Shown here piece after piece: positions 28,710 to 42,442 of a stretch of DNA of 64,000 bases. This stretch comes from Chrysomallon squamiferum. Lineage: Eukaryota; Animalia; Mollusca. The stretch's first letter is position 1; each line of letters opens with the position of its first letter. The stretch lies in NCBI GenBank assembly GCA_012295275.1, contig CM022674.1:11098001-11162000 (forward strand), read 5' to 3'. A program made the translations under genes and the position numbers. Below the pieces are notes generated by a model, which made no database searches, was not told the DNA's origin, and saw only the letters and a list, made by a program, of their open reading frames with translations.

Positions 28710-29594
28710 CTTGTTTAGTTAACGTCCTGGCAGAGAATTCCTGCTAGAATTTGTAAAATTCAAATATACTCTGAGAGCTGGGCAACAAGCAAGACAAAAT
28801 ATCTCAGACAGACACTCAGACAGATATATACAGAGAGATATACATAGAGATAAATAGACGTACAGATAGAAATATACTGATATACAGACAGATAAGTACA
28901 GAGACATATATACAAAAATTACATTAGACAGATTATAAAGACAGAATAATATACAGACAGATAGACAGAAAGATATACAGACAGAGAGAGCAAGAAAACT
29001 TAACACTCAGTGACAGACATAGACAGAAAATGTAAAACTAAAAAATAATAATAATAAAGATATATAAAATATATTTATTCTGAATACATCTGTCAAGAAA
29101 ATGTAAAACCAAAAAAAAGAAATTATAATCATAATAATAATAATAAAAGATATATCAAATATATTTATTTCAAAACCAGACACAAATTACCATAACCCAT
29201 CCAGTGTAGCTGCACTCAAATCTTGACACAGAAATTTTAACAAGATTTTCTTAAAATATAAATTCTCCACCCTGTTTATAACTTGACAATTATGTCATAA
29301 AAATAGTCATTATAGTAAAAACTAAATATTTTCATCTTTTTCCGGAATATGGCTGTTCAATATCTCAGCTAATAGACCCATGACAAACCAATCACAGTTC
29401 TCATTTCAGAGTTTTCTAACAACTTCCGTGAAATAAAACCTCATACTTCATTGTGCTGCTGTTACAATTCCCACAGGTGCAGAAAAACAAATTTGTTTTG
29501 TTGTTTGTTATCAAAATTCTTTATTAAAATATGAATTCAAAACCAAATAGTCATCATGTGATAATTTTCAATAATGTTTGTATCAGAGAATACC

Positions 29595-29644
<50 letters not shown>

Positions 29645-30177
29645 TCAAGAACTTCACTTCAAGTTTTGAAAATTAAAATTATTAAAATACATGATGCTTT
29701 TGTGCAAGTTAAAACAGTTATAAAATTTTAAAAATGAAAGACAATGTTTTGTTTTTCTGATAATTCACTTAGTTATTTACAAATTATCACATTTACTTAT
29801 TGTAGAATATTACTATGTTATTACAGTGAAATACAATGTCTTGTTTTTCTGTATTATTAAATTTAATAATGAAAAATATATCTGAGTTATTTTTAGATTT
29901 AGTTTTGACATTGCAATATATTAAACTGTACTATCATCACAGAAATATTTAGAAATAAAACATGCATTTTTTTTTTTTTTTTAATTTAAAATTTAGTTAT
30001 AGCATTGTAATATTAAATCATAATTATATATAACATGTTTAGATATCTTTTAAATAAATTAGCTATTGCAATAATAAAATATTTATTAATTATAACATAA
30101 TTAAAATAATTAAACTTGCTTATTATCAGTAAAAATAAATGTACTGTTTTGGAAAAAATAAAAAAATAAATTCTCAC

Positions 30178-30229
30178 CAAAAGGATTTAAAAATTTTGAA
30201 GATACAAGTAAGTAATCTCTGTTTTTCAT
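30178..30229 (-). CDS. Weak candidate alternative first exon (phase 1)
   Basis: MKNRDYLLVSSKFLNPF+G|gtgaga. AT-rich with a weak start context, so it could be chance. Confidence 0.3.
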
Positions 30230-31251
30230 TCACCTATTTCTGTCCATTTCCACGGCTATGACTGAAGTCACCCAGTCAATAAAATCAATACTGTATCAGA
30301 AGACACAATGGTAAAACCTCTCCAAACAAAACTTTAACAACATGAGTGAAACATGCCTCGTAAAGTATCAAACCTCAAAGAACTTTAACAGCTAATATTT
30401 ATAGTCGGATGTCATTAAAAGTCACATCACTAATGAATTAAACAAGCATGTTAGCACCTGTAACAAATACCAAAAACATGATAATAAAAAGAAAAGCTTT
30501 ATATGTAGTAATATTTACAATTCTGCACCTAACAATATATCACACTATCAAATGAAAATTGTTTTGAAAAAAAAGCTTAGATATTTCTTTAGAAAACTTC
30601 AGGAAGCATATGTAATAAAAACTTTAAACCTTTGAATGATATGAATGATACTGCATACCACAGTAAGCCTAATATAACATGACTGAGGACTGCATCAGTA
30701 ATAGTACATGTCATTATATGCCATTACAGTATGTATATGGGTAATAAAGCTTGGTTATATAATATTTAAAAAAATAGATAACAAATCTAAATAACAATGA
30801 TACTAACAATAATAATAATACATATGCAAGATCACAGTATAAAAAGTAATATATTTTGTGTGTGTTTATCTCTGTCTAATAGTTTGACAAAGAAAAGGAT
30901 GTTTTTATAGAAAATTAACAATATTATTGCTGATAACAAATCAGAATTCTAAACCAAAGAAAGTTTTAAATGTGTACACAGTAGGTATGATTATTAAAAT
31001 AAAAAAAGATTTAAACATGTTTTTTTTTTTATATAAATAGTATTATACTATGTAAACTATTAACAAAGAAAGTTTTAAATAAACTGGTATCATATAAATG
31101 ATACTGTAGTATGTAAAATAATCTAATATTAAACTAAGAAAGTTTTAAATATACCTGTATAGTATAAATGTTATTGTACTATGTAATATATGAAACATGA
31201 CTATATATTATGAATGATTAAACATACGGTTAATGTGTAACAATTTTAAAC

Positions 31252-31500
31252 TGAACAAAAATGTAAAACACATCTACTGATATAAATAATTCTTCACCGC
31301 TAAATTTTAAAATGAACAAAAATGTAAAACACATCTACTGATATAAATAATTCTTCACCGCTAAATTTTAAAATGAACAAAAATGTAAAACACATCTACT
31401 GATATAAATAATTCTTCACCGCTAAATTTTAAAATGAACAAAAATGTAAAACACATCTACTGATATAAATAATTCTTCACCGCTAAATTTTAAAATGAAC
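31252..31500. repeat. 61-bp tandem repeat, 4 near-identical copies
   Basis: Unit tgaacaaaaatgtaaaacacatctactgatataaataattcttcaccgctaaattttaaaa. Confidence 0.95.
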
Positions 31501-31732
31501 CAGATAAAAGACAACCTATGAACTAAAACAAAAAAAATACTGCACCTCTCAGCATATCAGAACATTAAACCGTCTTTGAAAAAGAAACAACCTGAGATAA
31601 TCTGATGAAGACTCCATCTGTGGTAACATCTCTTGAACAAATCCAATGAGACTAAACATATCAGTGGTAGAGAAAGATTTACCAACGTCATCACGTCATC
31701 GATGAAAATCACTGACAATGTCAATAAATTCT

Positions 31733-31870
31733 TCAAGCGTGTAAATCCACAGAGGAGACTGTTTGACTCGACCGATGGGTCAGTGTTTCTGTGGCACTGT
31801 TACAGGAGCTCTCTGCCTCCTCACTCACGCAGGAGAGTCGCATACATGTCTTGCTGGTCCGCTTACCCAT
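31733..31870 (-). CDS. Candidate alternative first exon or 45-aa sORF with MGxxxSK myristoylation-like start
   Basis: CpG-rich patch. ORF MGKRTSKTCMRLSCVSEEAESSCNSATETLTHRSSQTVSSVDLHA*. Contains donors ATGG|gtaagc (31867), TGC|gtgagt (31829) and TGA|gtgagg (31825). Confidence 0.45.
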   Translation of the reverse strand: MGKRTSKTCMRLSCVSEEAESSCNSATETLTHRSSQTVSSVDLHA

Positions 31871-32237
31871 TTGAAAACTAATGAACCACAGTGGGTTAAG
31901 AAAGATTCTTGGTAAAAAAAAAAAAAAAAAAAAAAAAATCCATGAAGGGTGGCACCATGCCAGACATGGTAGAATTCATTTTGTTTTGTTCCTCTAAGAC
32001 TGAGTGTGTAGATTATTATAATAACACTTAGTGTGTAGTAACATGTCACGTGTTAATAACATTTGATAATCCTTGTTTGAACACAGATCAATAGCTAACA
32101 CCAATGGCTTTGTTTTCTCTTTGTGTTTTTGTTTGTAACTACTTAAATCTATAGACAGTTAATATATAAATCAATAAAGATACAGTATAAACTCATAGAT
32201 AATTACTAGATAAATCTATGGGAAGAGCTACATACAT

Positions 32238-33740
32238 CAATGGACACTTGCTACAAATATCAATGGACACTTGCTATAATTATCCATGGACACTTGCTAT
32301 ATATATATCCATAGTCACTTGCTACATACACCATAGACACTTGCTATATATATATATCCATAGACACTTGCTATTATATATATCCATAGACACTTGCTAT
32401 ATATATATATCCATAGACACTTGCTACATACACCATAGACACTTGCTATATATATATCCATAGACACTTGCTACATATACCATAGACACTTGCTATATAT
32501 ATATATCCATAGACACTTGCTACATACACCATAGACACTTGCTATATATATCCATAGACACTTGCTACATACATACATAGACACGTGCTATATATATATC
32601 CATAGACACTTGCTATATATATATATCCATAGACACTTGCTACATACATACATAGACATTTGCAATAAAAATGCAGCCCTAGATATTTACTATATACATC
32701 TAATACTTGCTACAGATATCCATATACATCCATGGATATTTACTATATACATAGACTATAGATACATACATAGACACTTGCTGCAGATATCCATATACAT
32801 CCATGGTAATTTGCTATACATACATAGACATTTGCTGCATACATACATAGACATTTGCTGCATACATACATAGACACTTGCTGCATACATACATAGACAC
32901 TTGCTGCATACATACATAGACACTTGCTACATACATACATAGACACTTGCTGCATACATACATAGACACTTGCTACATACATACATATACACTTGCTGCA
33001 TACATACATATACACTTGCTGCATACATACATAGACATTTGCTGCATACATACATATACACTTTGCTGCTATACATACATAGACATTTGCTGCATACACT
33101 TGCTGCATACATACATAGACACTTGCTGCATACATACATAGACATTTTGCATACATACATACATACATACATAGACACTTGCATACATACATAGACACAT
33201 ACATACATAGACACTTTGCATACATACATACATACATAGACACTTGCTGCATACATACATAGACATTTGCTGCATACATACATAGACACTTGCTAGGCAC
33301 ATTTGCTGCATACATACATAGACATACATTACATAGACACATACATTGCTACATACATACATAGACACTTGCTGCATACATACATAGACATTTGCTGCAT
33401 ACATACATAGACACTTGCTGCATACATACATAGACATTTGCTGCATACATACATAGACACTTGCTGCATACATACATAGACATTTGCTGCATACATACAT
33501 AGACACTTGCTACATACATACATAGACACTTGCTGCATACATACATAGGCACTTGCTCTATTCAACCACAGACATTTGACACAGATATCCACAAATGTGT
33601 TACACTTCTATAGACAGCTATAGACATTTGCTATAGACACCATAGACATTTGCTATAGACATCCATAGGCATTTACTACATATATCCTATAGACATCCAT
33701 AGGCATTTACTACATACAATGGTAGGCACTTGCTATAGAT
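32238..33740. repeat. ~23-bp minisatellite array with variant units
   Basis: Unit catagacacttgctgcatacata and variants (catagacatttgct, tatatatc spacers) over ~1.5 kb. Confidence 0.95.
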
Positions 33741-35195
33741 GTCTATAGTTACTAAATAAATCCATGGATAATTACTACATAAATCCACAGTTACTAGGTG
33801 AATCCAAAGGCTGTGTTGTATCAAAAAAAAGTTGTTTTGCCTTTAGCTGTAAATGACAGATATTTGTTTTCTTTTTCTTTCTTATTTTTCACTGATTGTC
33901 ATCAAATTATGAATTCATTTTCTATTTTTGTTTTTTGTGTTGAGAACAAATTCCACAAGATAAACTTGCAGTCATTGATTTGTTTCAGAGTGAGATGATC
34001 ACAGAGATAGGGGGGTTGCTACCCCTCCCTGGGACCACCACTGATGTCATTTCCGACAAGTAAATTAAAGTTCTGTACCACTCAGTACTGTGTGCCTGTT
34101 TTTACTTCTAATTCTATTTTATCAAGTACAACACAAAAGTCTTTGTTATCATTGTGATAATAATCATTATTATCATTACCATCATTTCAGAAATTATCAT
34201 CACTGACATCAGTGAAAGTTTTCAAATAACAAAATAATACTAATGATTTGCTGTTTGAAATTATTGATCCAAGAGCTACAAGGTCACAAGTTCAAATCCA
34301 CTGAATTTCTTTAAGATATTATTATTCTGACAGAGGCCTCATCCATTTACCAAGCTAATTTTTCACGTTTCTTTGATTTTTAAAATAACTCTTCATTAAA
34401 TGATAATTTCAAAATGTTTCCCAGTGATGCGAATCTTACATGAATCTGCTAAAACATTTATCTTTCTTCTGAACTCATACCCAGCAATTTCTCAACATGA
34501 AATCCCACACCAGCAAATACCCCTATTTTTTTTATCAATCTCAGAATAGAATCACTGACCATTCATGTCCTTTATTCCCATGAATTTCCCAGTAAATCTC
34601 TTTAAAACTTGTATCCCAACCTAAAGGTTTCTCAGCACCCATTCCCCAAACAAACATTTTACCCCAAACATTTTCAAAACCTTTACTCATTGATACCCTT
34701 TTTACCCTGCATTTTCTAATAATATTAATCCAGTTCTCTTTAAAACTCTGAACTAAAACCAAGCACCTAATCCTCTATTAAACATATATCCATATTATAC
34801 ATCAATAATTTTCATAAAAGTCTACTGCCCAAAATTATTAATATCTCTACATTATCAGTATGACTATATCTCAAACCGTATCAAGTGATACCCTCATTCT
34901 GGTGAATTTCCCAATAACCCCACTCTCTCGCATACCCCACCCCCACGAATCTCTGGGCACCCAGTAGGTTAATTAAGGACAACTCCCCTGTCTGGGGTTT
35001 ATGGATGTTCACTGTAAGATGTATCACTGATCCGGTTCCTGTCAGAGAGAGTTGTACCCAGGGGATACGCAGTTTGAGATACAACAGTTTGACGTGGACG
35101 TGACCCTCGATCACATCATCCCTGGACGACGATTCCAAAACAGTAAGAATGTGCTGACATTTGATACATCCTGTATTCAACAGTGTTGTGTGAAA

Positions 35196-35320
<125 letters not shown>

Positions 35321-36254
35321 CAGAAAGACATAACAAAACAGACAGAAAAAGAAAGAAAAACAGAATAAGAGAGGGAAATATAAAGTGAGGGAAAAAAGTG
35401 GCAAAGAAGAGAAACAGAAAAAGAAAGACAGTGAAATAGAGACAAAAACAGACAAAGAGAGACACTGTGTATAATTCAAGTAAGAATCTCCTCTGTAAGA
35501 CATTGATACTTACTACTCCAGCATAAAGCAGTTTTACATCTACATGTGTGACTGCAATAACATGCATTTCAACCAACCTCTGAGATAGTTAACAATCTTT
35601 TTTTTTCTTTTCATTTATTTATTTATATATATTTAAATGTTTTTATTTATTTATTTATTTTTTATTTTTTTTTAAAGTTGTGAGTGAATTATGCTGTAAC
35701 TGATGACATCCCTCACACCAGTATAAAATGTTCTGCTGTCACTGATCCCAAAATCTCAAGTAATAAAAAAAAATCATCAGTGTTTGAAATCCTAGAATGG
35801 ACTAAAAGATGAGGCTGACTTTTTTTTTAATTTTTTTTGAATATCAGTAGCAATTCAGTTTTATCTCTTCGAAAAGCTTTCAACCAACAGGTCAGTCAAG
35901 AAAAACCACAAAAAAAAAAAAAAAAAAAAAGAAAGAAAGAAAAAGAAAGAAAGATAAAAGATAAAAAAGATAAGTTAAATGAAGAACATGAGATAAACAA
36001 GTTTCTGTAGAAAAATTTAAAAAATCAGTTAAAAAATATTATTGTTACAGTAAATGTTATTTGTACTGGCAGATGGATAAAAATAGAATGATTTTTATTT
36101 TATTTTTATTTGTTTCAAAGACAAAGACAGAAAAAAAGGGGAAAAGAGTGTGAGAAGTACAGATAGACAAATAGACAGTCAGGGAGAGTGAGAAACAGAG
36201 AAACAGTGAGAGAGAGAAAGAGAAAGAGAGAGAGAGAGAGAAAGAGTGAGAGAA

Positions 36255-36331
<77 letters not shown>

Positions 36332-36438
36332 CTGAAAGAATGTTTAAGTAACAACATTGTGAAAATGCAATAAATCAAGAACTGATTAGCATTAAATCAG
36401 TTTAAGAGAAATCAATATCCTGACCAGTCTCAACTACC

Positions 36439-36892
36439 AGTGGTTAAATCTGACTGTCTGAATGATGCAGTGGTTAAATCTGACTGTCTGAACGATGCAG
36501 TGGTTAAATCTGACTGTCTGAATGATGCAGTGGTTAAATCTGACTGTCTGAATGATGTAGTGGTTAAATCTGACTGTCTGAACGATGCAGTGGTTAAATC
36601 TGACTGTCTGAACGATGCAGTGGTTAAATCTGACTGTCTGAAGGATGCAGTGGTTAAATCTGACTGTCTGAACGATGCAGTGGTTAAATCTGACTGTCTG
36701 AACGATGCAGTGGTTAAATCTGACTGTCTGAATGATGCAGTGGTTAAATCTGACTGTCTGAATGATGCAGTGGTTAAATCTGACTGTGAATGATGCAGTG
36801 GTTAAATCTGACTGTGAATGATGCAGTGGTTAAATCTGACTGTCTGAACGATGCAGTGGTTAAATCTGACTGTCTGAACGATGCAGTGGTTG
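36439..36892. repeat. 30-bp minisatellite, ~15 copies
   Basis: Unit agtggttaaatctgactgtctgaa(c/t)gatgc, with two 28-bp deletion variants near 36785-36820. Confidence 0.96.
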
Positions 36893-37006
36893 AATCATGA
36901 AGCAGTTAAAACCAACAGACATATAACCAGTTTTAACTAACAGATAACTGCATTATCTTTCCTGATTAACCCACTAACAAGCTAACAGACTAATAATAAC
37001 AGAACT

Positions 37007-37075
37007 GGGGCTAGCTCAGTGTTGTGGAGTGTGAAATATTTTAACTATATGATTTGACATATGCAGGTTTAAATA
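37007..37075 (+). mobile_element. Possible decayed tRNA-derived SINE head
   Basis: ggggctagctcagtgttgtggagtg resembles a tRNA 5'/A-box, followed by a degenerate B-box-like gcaggtttaaat. No full cloverleaf. Confidence 0.3.
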
Positions 37076-37521
37076 ACAGTTATTCATTTATTAATACTAA
37101 TCCTGTAATGGGTGATAAATACAGATCTTTGTACCATGACACAAATGCTTGAACCATCCAGGCACACAAATATATAATTATACAAACATATACTAATACA
37201 TAATACCACACACATTCAAATTCACATACAATATCCATATCTCATATAAAGACACACACACACAAACATTCATATAGAAACACACTCATATATACATATA
37301 ATCACACATTCAAACATATTCTATGAAAAACACACACACACACATTCATACAGAAACATACACTCATACACAATACCACATACAAACACACTCATATATA
37401 CATGTATCACACATTCAAACATATTCTATGAACACACACATGCACACACACTTTACAAATATTGTAAATTAAATGTCCAGTTCAATTTGTTGACAAAAAG
37501 ATCAGAACTCACACACACACA

Positions 37522-37578
<57 letters not shown>

Positions 37579-38453
37579 CACATGCACACAGACAAATACA
37601 CACAAACTTTGTATTAAATTAAATGTGAAATTCAACCTGTCGAAACAAAAATCAGAATCACACAAACAGAAAAACACACAGACTCATATATAGTACTACA
37701 CAAACACTCACACATTCATAGACACGCATGCTCAGTAAAAAAGATTGACATAAAAATCAAGATTCACACACACACTCACACAGACATAGACACACACACA
37801 CAGAAAGAGAAACACACACAAACACACACACACACAGACAGACAGACACATGTATAGTACAGTAAATATGTCAAGTTCAGTCTGTGGACACAAAACTCAG
37901 GACTCTGCTGTCTAGACACTACAACGACCTCACTGACAACAGGTTTACACCTGACAGTGGACACACACTCAGAGACGGACAGACAGACAAGTAATCTGTC
38001 AGTTGTCTGTGGAACCTGGTCCAGGGGTTATTGATGGACAGCAGACATCAAATAACTGATATATAATGTGTGCAGAATCGATGTGTTTAGCCTTAGAAGT
38101 CAGCGTGTTCAAAGTAATTTGTAAAATCTCAAATCTCTTGTTTAACTTGACGTGCAGGAACTTTTGTCCAAGTTTACTAAACTGATAAAATGTAAAGTAG
38201 TGTTAAAACTAAACTTGTCTCTTTCTGACCGGGATGAATGGAAGGAAGATGGATGAATAGATGGAAAGACAGATTACATGGATGAATGAGGTAAATGGAT
38301 AATGGAAAGATGGATGGATAAATGGATGAGTGACATATAATTATGGTGGACTGGATGGATGAATGAATACCAGCTGTAGTAGATTTATATATAAAGTGAT
38401 TCTGACTGCAAAAGTATATTAATTATTTTTCATAAAGTCAACTGCCAAAAACT

Positions 38454-38492
<39 letters not shown>

Positions 38493-40210
38493 CTAAAAAA
38501 AAACAATTAAAATAAATTAGAATAAACTATAAAATAAAATAAACAAAAAAGTAAAATAAATAAATATAAAACAAACCAGAACAGTGGATTAAACTGAACA
38601 GACTATTATATAATATGGGGTAACATAAAAACTTTCAATTTTAAGAAAATGAACACTTCACTGGACAAATGTAATATTTATCTTATCTTTAAATGCACTG
38701 AGTTACCCAGGACAAATTAATAACTTCACATAGTTCAGTTAATTAACCATCAATGGTTTTGTACTGGAGGTATGGGATATTTGTGGCTGTTCACTGTAAC
38801 CTGGTGGACCACTGTAGTAACTTGGAGTGGATCACTGGGTTTGATGTCAGAGTGTGATGATGATGTATTGTAATTGAAAGTAATAAACATCATGAGGCTG
38901 CACTGCACTGCAATCACGTCAGTATTTAAAAAGATAAAATTTGGTTTTGTTTGAGAATATGTGTTTGTGTGTGTGTGTGTCTGTGTATATGTGCTCTGTG
39001 TGTGTGTGCATGTGTGTATGTTTGTGGTGCATGTCTATGGTGTGCACTGGATGTCTATGGTATGCATGTGTAAGTCTATAACCATGTATATATGCAATAA
39101 AAACATTTTTAAACAAATTTCTTCTTTACATTACATCTGACCAATTTGTTGCTGTTAAATGCAGAATTACAATTTTATCCAATTCTTACAAGTCCATGAC
39201 ACATTGGCTTTAATGGAGGTTGTAACATAGATGAGCAAATCACTGATTATATGTTTAACAATTACTCATTCAATTACATTGTCATCTGAAGAAAAATAAC
39301 TGTATGCAGGTTATAAAGAGAGTTTGAAAACTTTTTATTTTAACTTTCAAAGACAAAGTTTGTATATAAAGTATTTTACTGTTGTATCATGCTTGTAATA
39401 TAAAAATCTGTTGTATTATCTTTAAGTTTTTAGAAACATTTAAATTAAATGACATATGAGAACACAAATATATCTGTGTATATAAACAAATCCAAACACA
39501 CAAATACACAGATACATACAAAACACATACACACACATTCATATGAATACAAACACACATATAAAGACAATACATAATACAGAGGAACAAACACACATAC
39601 TCACAGGCAGACAGACAATGTTTTCAAACAGTATACTGTCTAACATGGAAGCAGACTATGCTGATATCTGAGATGAAAATGTGATTTTTCTGCAGTTTAA
39701 TTTATCACAGGCAGAGATAGTCTGATGATGGCTGACAGTAGATTCTGACACATGGTGCACACAAACAATGATTGCTTATTTGTCAGACTGCTTAGAACTG
39801 GTACCCACGAGACAATTACTGAACACAAAGGAAGGGGGAGTTTGGTGACCTATCTGCACTAACACTGCAAAAAGTGAATGCAGTAATGTGTTCTTTGTGG
39901 TATTTTTTTAAAATTTGTTATAATTTGTTTTAATATTTTTTTTATTATAGAGGTACTAACAGCTCAGTCTTTAAAGTGTATTTGATGCAAGCATGCATTT
40001 TTTTTTTTTTTTTTGCGAGTGCACCCACTCCCACACAAACACATACCCACACCCAAACAGATTATACACATAAGACCACACACATCTACACACATTATAT
40101 GCATTATTACAAAAAAAACACACACAGACAGACAGACAAACAGATATCCTACCACTGAAATATATCATACACGTACACCTATACAAACAGAAGGACAGAA
40201 GGACACTCAC

Positions 40211-40359
40211 TAGATGATGCCTCTCTGATATGCACTGTGCTGCCAGCCAAGCGGAACGTGTCACAGTTGAGTGGAAGTGGAGTTTTGGACAGTTCAACAA
40301 ATGCATCAATAGTTCCAATATCCAAACCTCTCCGGTCTAACATAGGTACCAGTATATCC
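40211..40359 (-). CDS. PLEKHG5: PLEKHG5-like exon, second part of RBD-like domain
   Basis: tttcag|G...TCTA|gtgagt. Encodes DILVPMLDRRGLDIGTIDAFVELSKTPLPLNCDTFRLAGSTVHIREASS, cf. recalled EVLLPVFERKG...VDIYLDQSNTPLSL...YRFGG. Phase 2 to 1. Confidence 0.9.
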
Positions 40360-40366
40360 CTGAAAC

Positions 40367-40430
<64 letters not shown>

Positions 40431-40448
40431 ATAACAATAATAATAATA

Positions 40449-40512
<64 letters not shown>

Positions 40513-40535
40513 TAACAATAACAATAACAATAATA
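40367..40535. repeat. (TAG)n/(TAA)n microsatellite abutting the acceptor of exon 40359
   Basis: Direct reading. Confidence 0.95.
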
Positions 40536-40780
40536 AGCTAGAATGATCTGTTTATATAATCCTAAAGCTAGAATGATATGTTTATATGATCCTAAAACTA
40601 TCATGATACATTTATATGATCCTAAAGCTAGAATGTTACATTTAAATATGATCCTAAAGCTAGAATGATACATTTCAATATGATTCTAAAGCTAGAATAT
40701 ATTTGAAGATCCTAAACCTAGAACAATACATTTATATGATCCTAAAATTAGAATGATACATTTATGTGATCCTAAAGGTA
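40536..40780. repeat. ~30-bp degenerate tandem repeat, ~8 copies
   Basis: Unit like gatcctaaagctagaatgatacatttatat. Confidence 0.88.
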
Positions 40781-41674
40781 AAAAAATTCAATTTAAATTT
40801 ACAATCTCAAACTTTATTTCTGTGACTGCACATTCAAAGTTTAAGATGTCAGCATTGACAAATTGGTTACATGATCAATTGAATCAGCTGCGGTAAATAA
40901 ATACAACTACTCTTTGTATTAATCAATATCTGAACACAATTACTGTACACTCAGTTTTTGGGGAGTTTGAAATTTTAAACAAATGGCTGTGGAGTTTGAA
41001 ATGTTGACAGTCTTTTAACAAATGCCAATTTAATAAATACTGTAACTGTTATTGGTGAGTTTGGAGTTGTAACAAACTTCTACTGACAAAAATTACTGTA
41101 CCTCCTGTTTTGGGGGAGTTTGAAATATTTATTGTTAATCTCTGCAGTACTACAGTGATAACATGGACTTCAGATGACTGAACACTAAGCTGTTAGGGAG
41201 TTTGAAACATAAATTTGGGTATTTACAGATCACTACACATATAATAATGTGGAATATTTATCTAAATGTAGAATTTTGTATGTTTTGTTTCAGAGTCATT
41301 TAACAGTTTAAAGCTATGATTCAAATATTATATTCTATGTAAGTTTTTACTGTACTTGTACTTATTGGTGAAGTTTGAGATTTCAAACACAATAGTCTAA
41401 ATATCACTATTTTGGCAAATGTTAACATTTTTAACACAAATGTAAACATTAATAATATTAAATACAATATTTCATATCAGTATTGTTTTACTACTGAGGA
41501 GTTTGTAAAAGTTAGTTCTAAAATAATTATATTTATAAATAATAACTGTAGCTTCATTTTTTTAACAGTTTGAAATTGTTAATACCTATTATTCTCTGTA
41601 ATCAGTGACTGTACTTTCATTTTCTGAGGAGTTTGAAAATTTCAAATCTAGTATTTGTATTATGGTGTACATAC

Positions 41675-41766
41675 CTGAGATTAATTCCATTGATGGCTGT
41701 GACAATTTCTACATCCTCGGATGTTGTGTTACTTTCAAACTTGAGAGTGAAACAATCGGACAAAGA
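41675..41766 (-). CDS. PLEKHG5: PLEKHG5-like exon, first part of RBD-like domain
   Basis: tttcag|TCT...CTCAG|gtatgt. Encodes SLSDCFTLKFESNTTSEDVEIVTAINGINL(R), cf. recalled PLEKHG5 ECFTLKFD...EIVPA. Phase 0 to 2. Confidence 0.9.
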
Positions 41767-42442
41767 CTGAAATGTACAAATAAAATTATCAGTTTTATTT
41801 ACTTTTATAAATTAAAACAGAAACATTATGTTTGTCTGTCACTCTGTCTATCTCTAATCCATCTATCTTATAATTACAAATTTATTTACTTTTTAAAATT
41901 AAATCAGGTAACATCACATCTCTCTGTCTGTCTCTCTGTCTATCTATCCACTAAATCTGGGTTTTTGATGAAAACAATATTAACATTTGTGTGTATCTGT
42001 CTCTATGTGTCTGCATGTCTACAGAAGTGTTTGTGACTATCTTTAGCAAAACAACAAATACATTTACATAATTTACCAAAAAGGGAATATATTTTATTCT
42101 TAACCATATTATTGCCATCCTTTATTATGAACAAAAATTTGGCCCTTGATGAGACAAGTAGGATATTTTATTAATATTTCAATGTAGAAATATTAGTAAT
42201 TATATCATTCTTTATTATTAGCAAATATTGCTTGTTCTTAAGTAATTATTTGAAGCATCACAAATTTTATATAATTGAATTTTAAATTAATCAGTTTAAT
42301 AGAAGCAGTTATTCTAGACAGCACAACAAAAATGATGACATAGAATCAGTTCCATCAGTAACAACCACAGCACCCACAACAACAACATTAAATAAATAGG
42401 CTAAAACATAAGTTAAAAAAAAAAAATAGTTATTTTACTAAC

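Noticed and set aside
32218-33592. Many overlapping Cys/Met/Tyr-rich ORFs up to 199 aa
   Set aside because: These are translations of the 23-bp minisatellite in several frames on both strands.
36440-36793. 117-aa ORF of (VVKSDCLNDA)n; the array also looks superficially CRISPR-like
   Set aside because: It is a head-to-tail 30-bp minisatellite with no unique spacers, no ATG or splice context, and frameshifting variant units. The DNA is eukaryotic with no cas genes.
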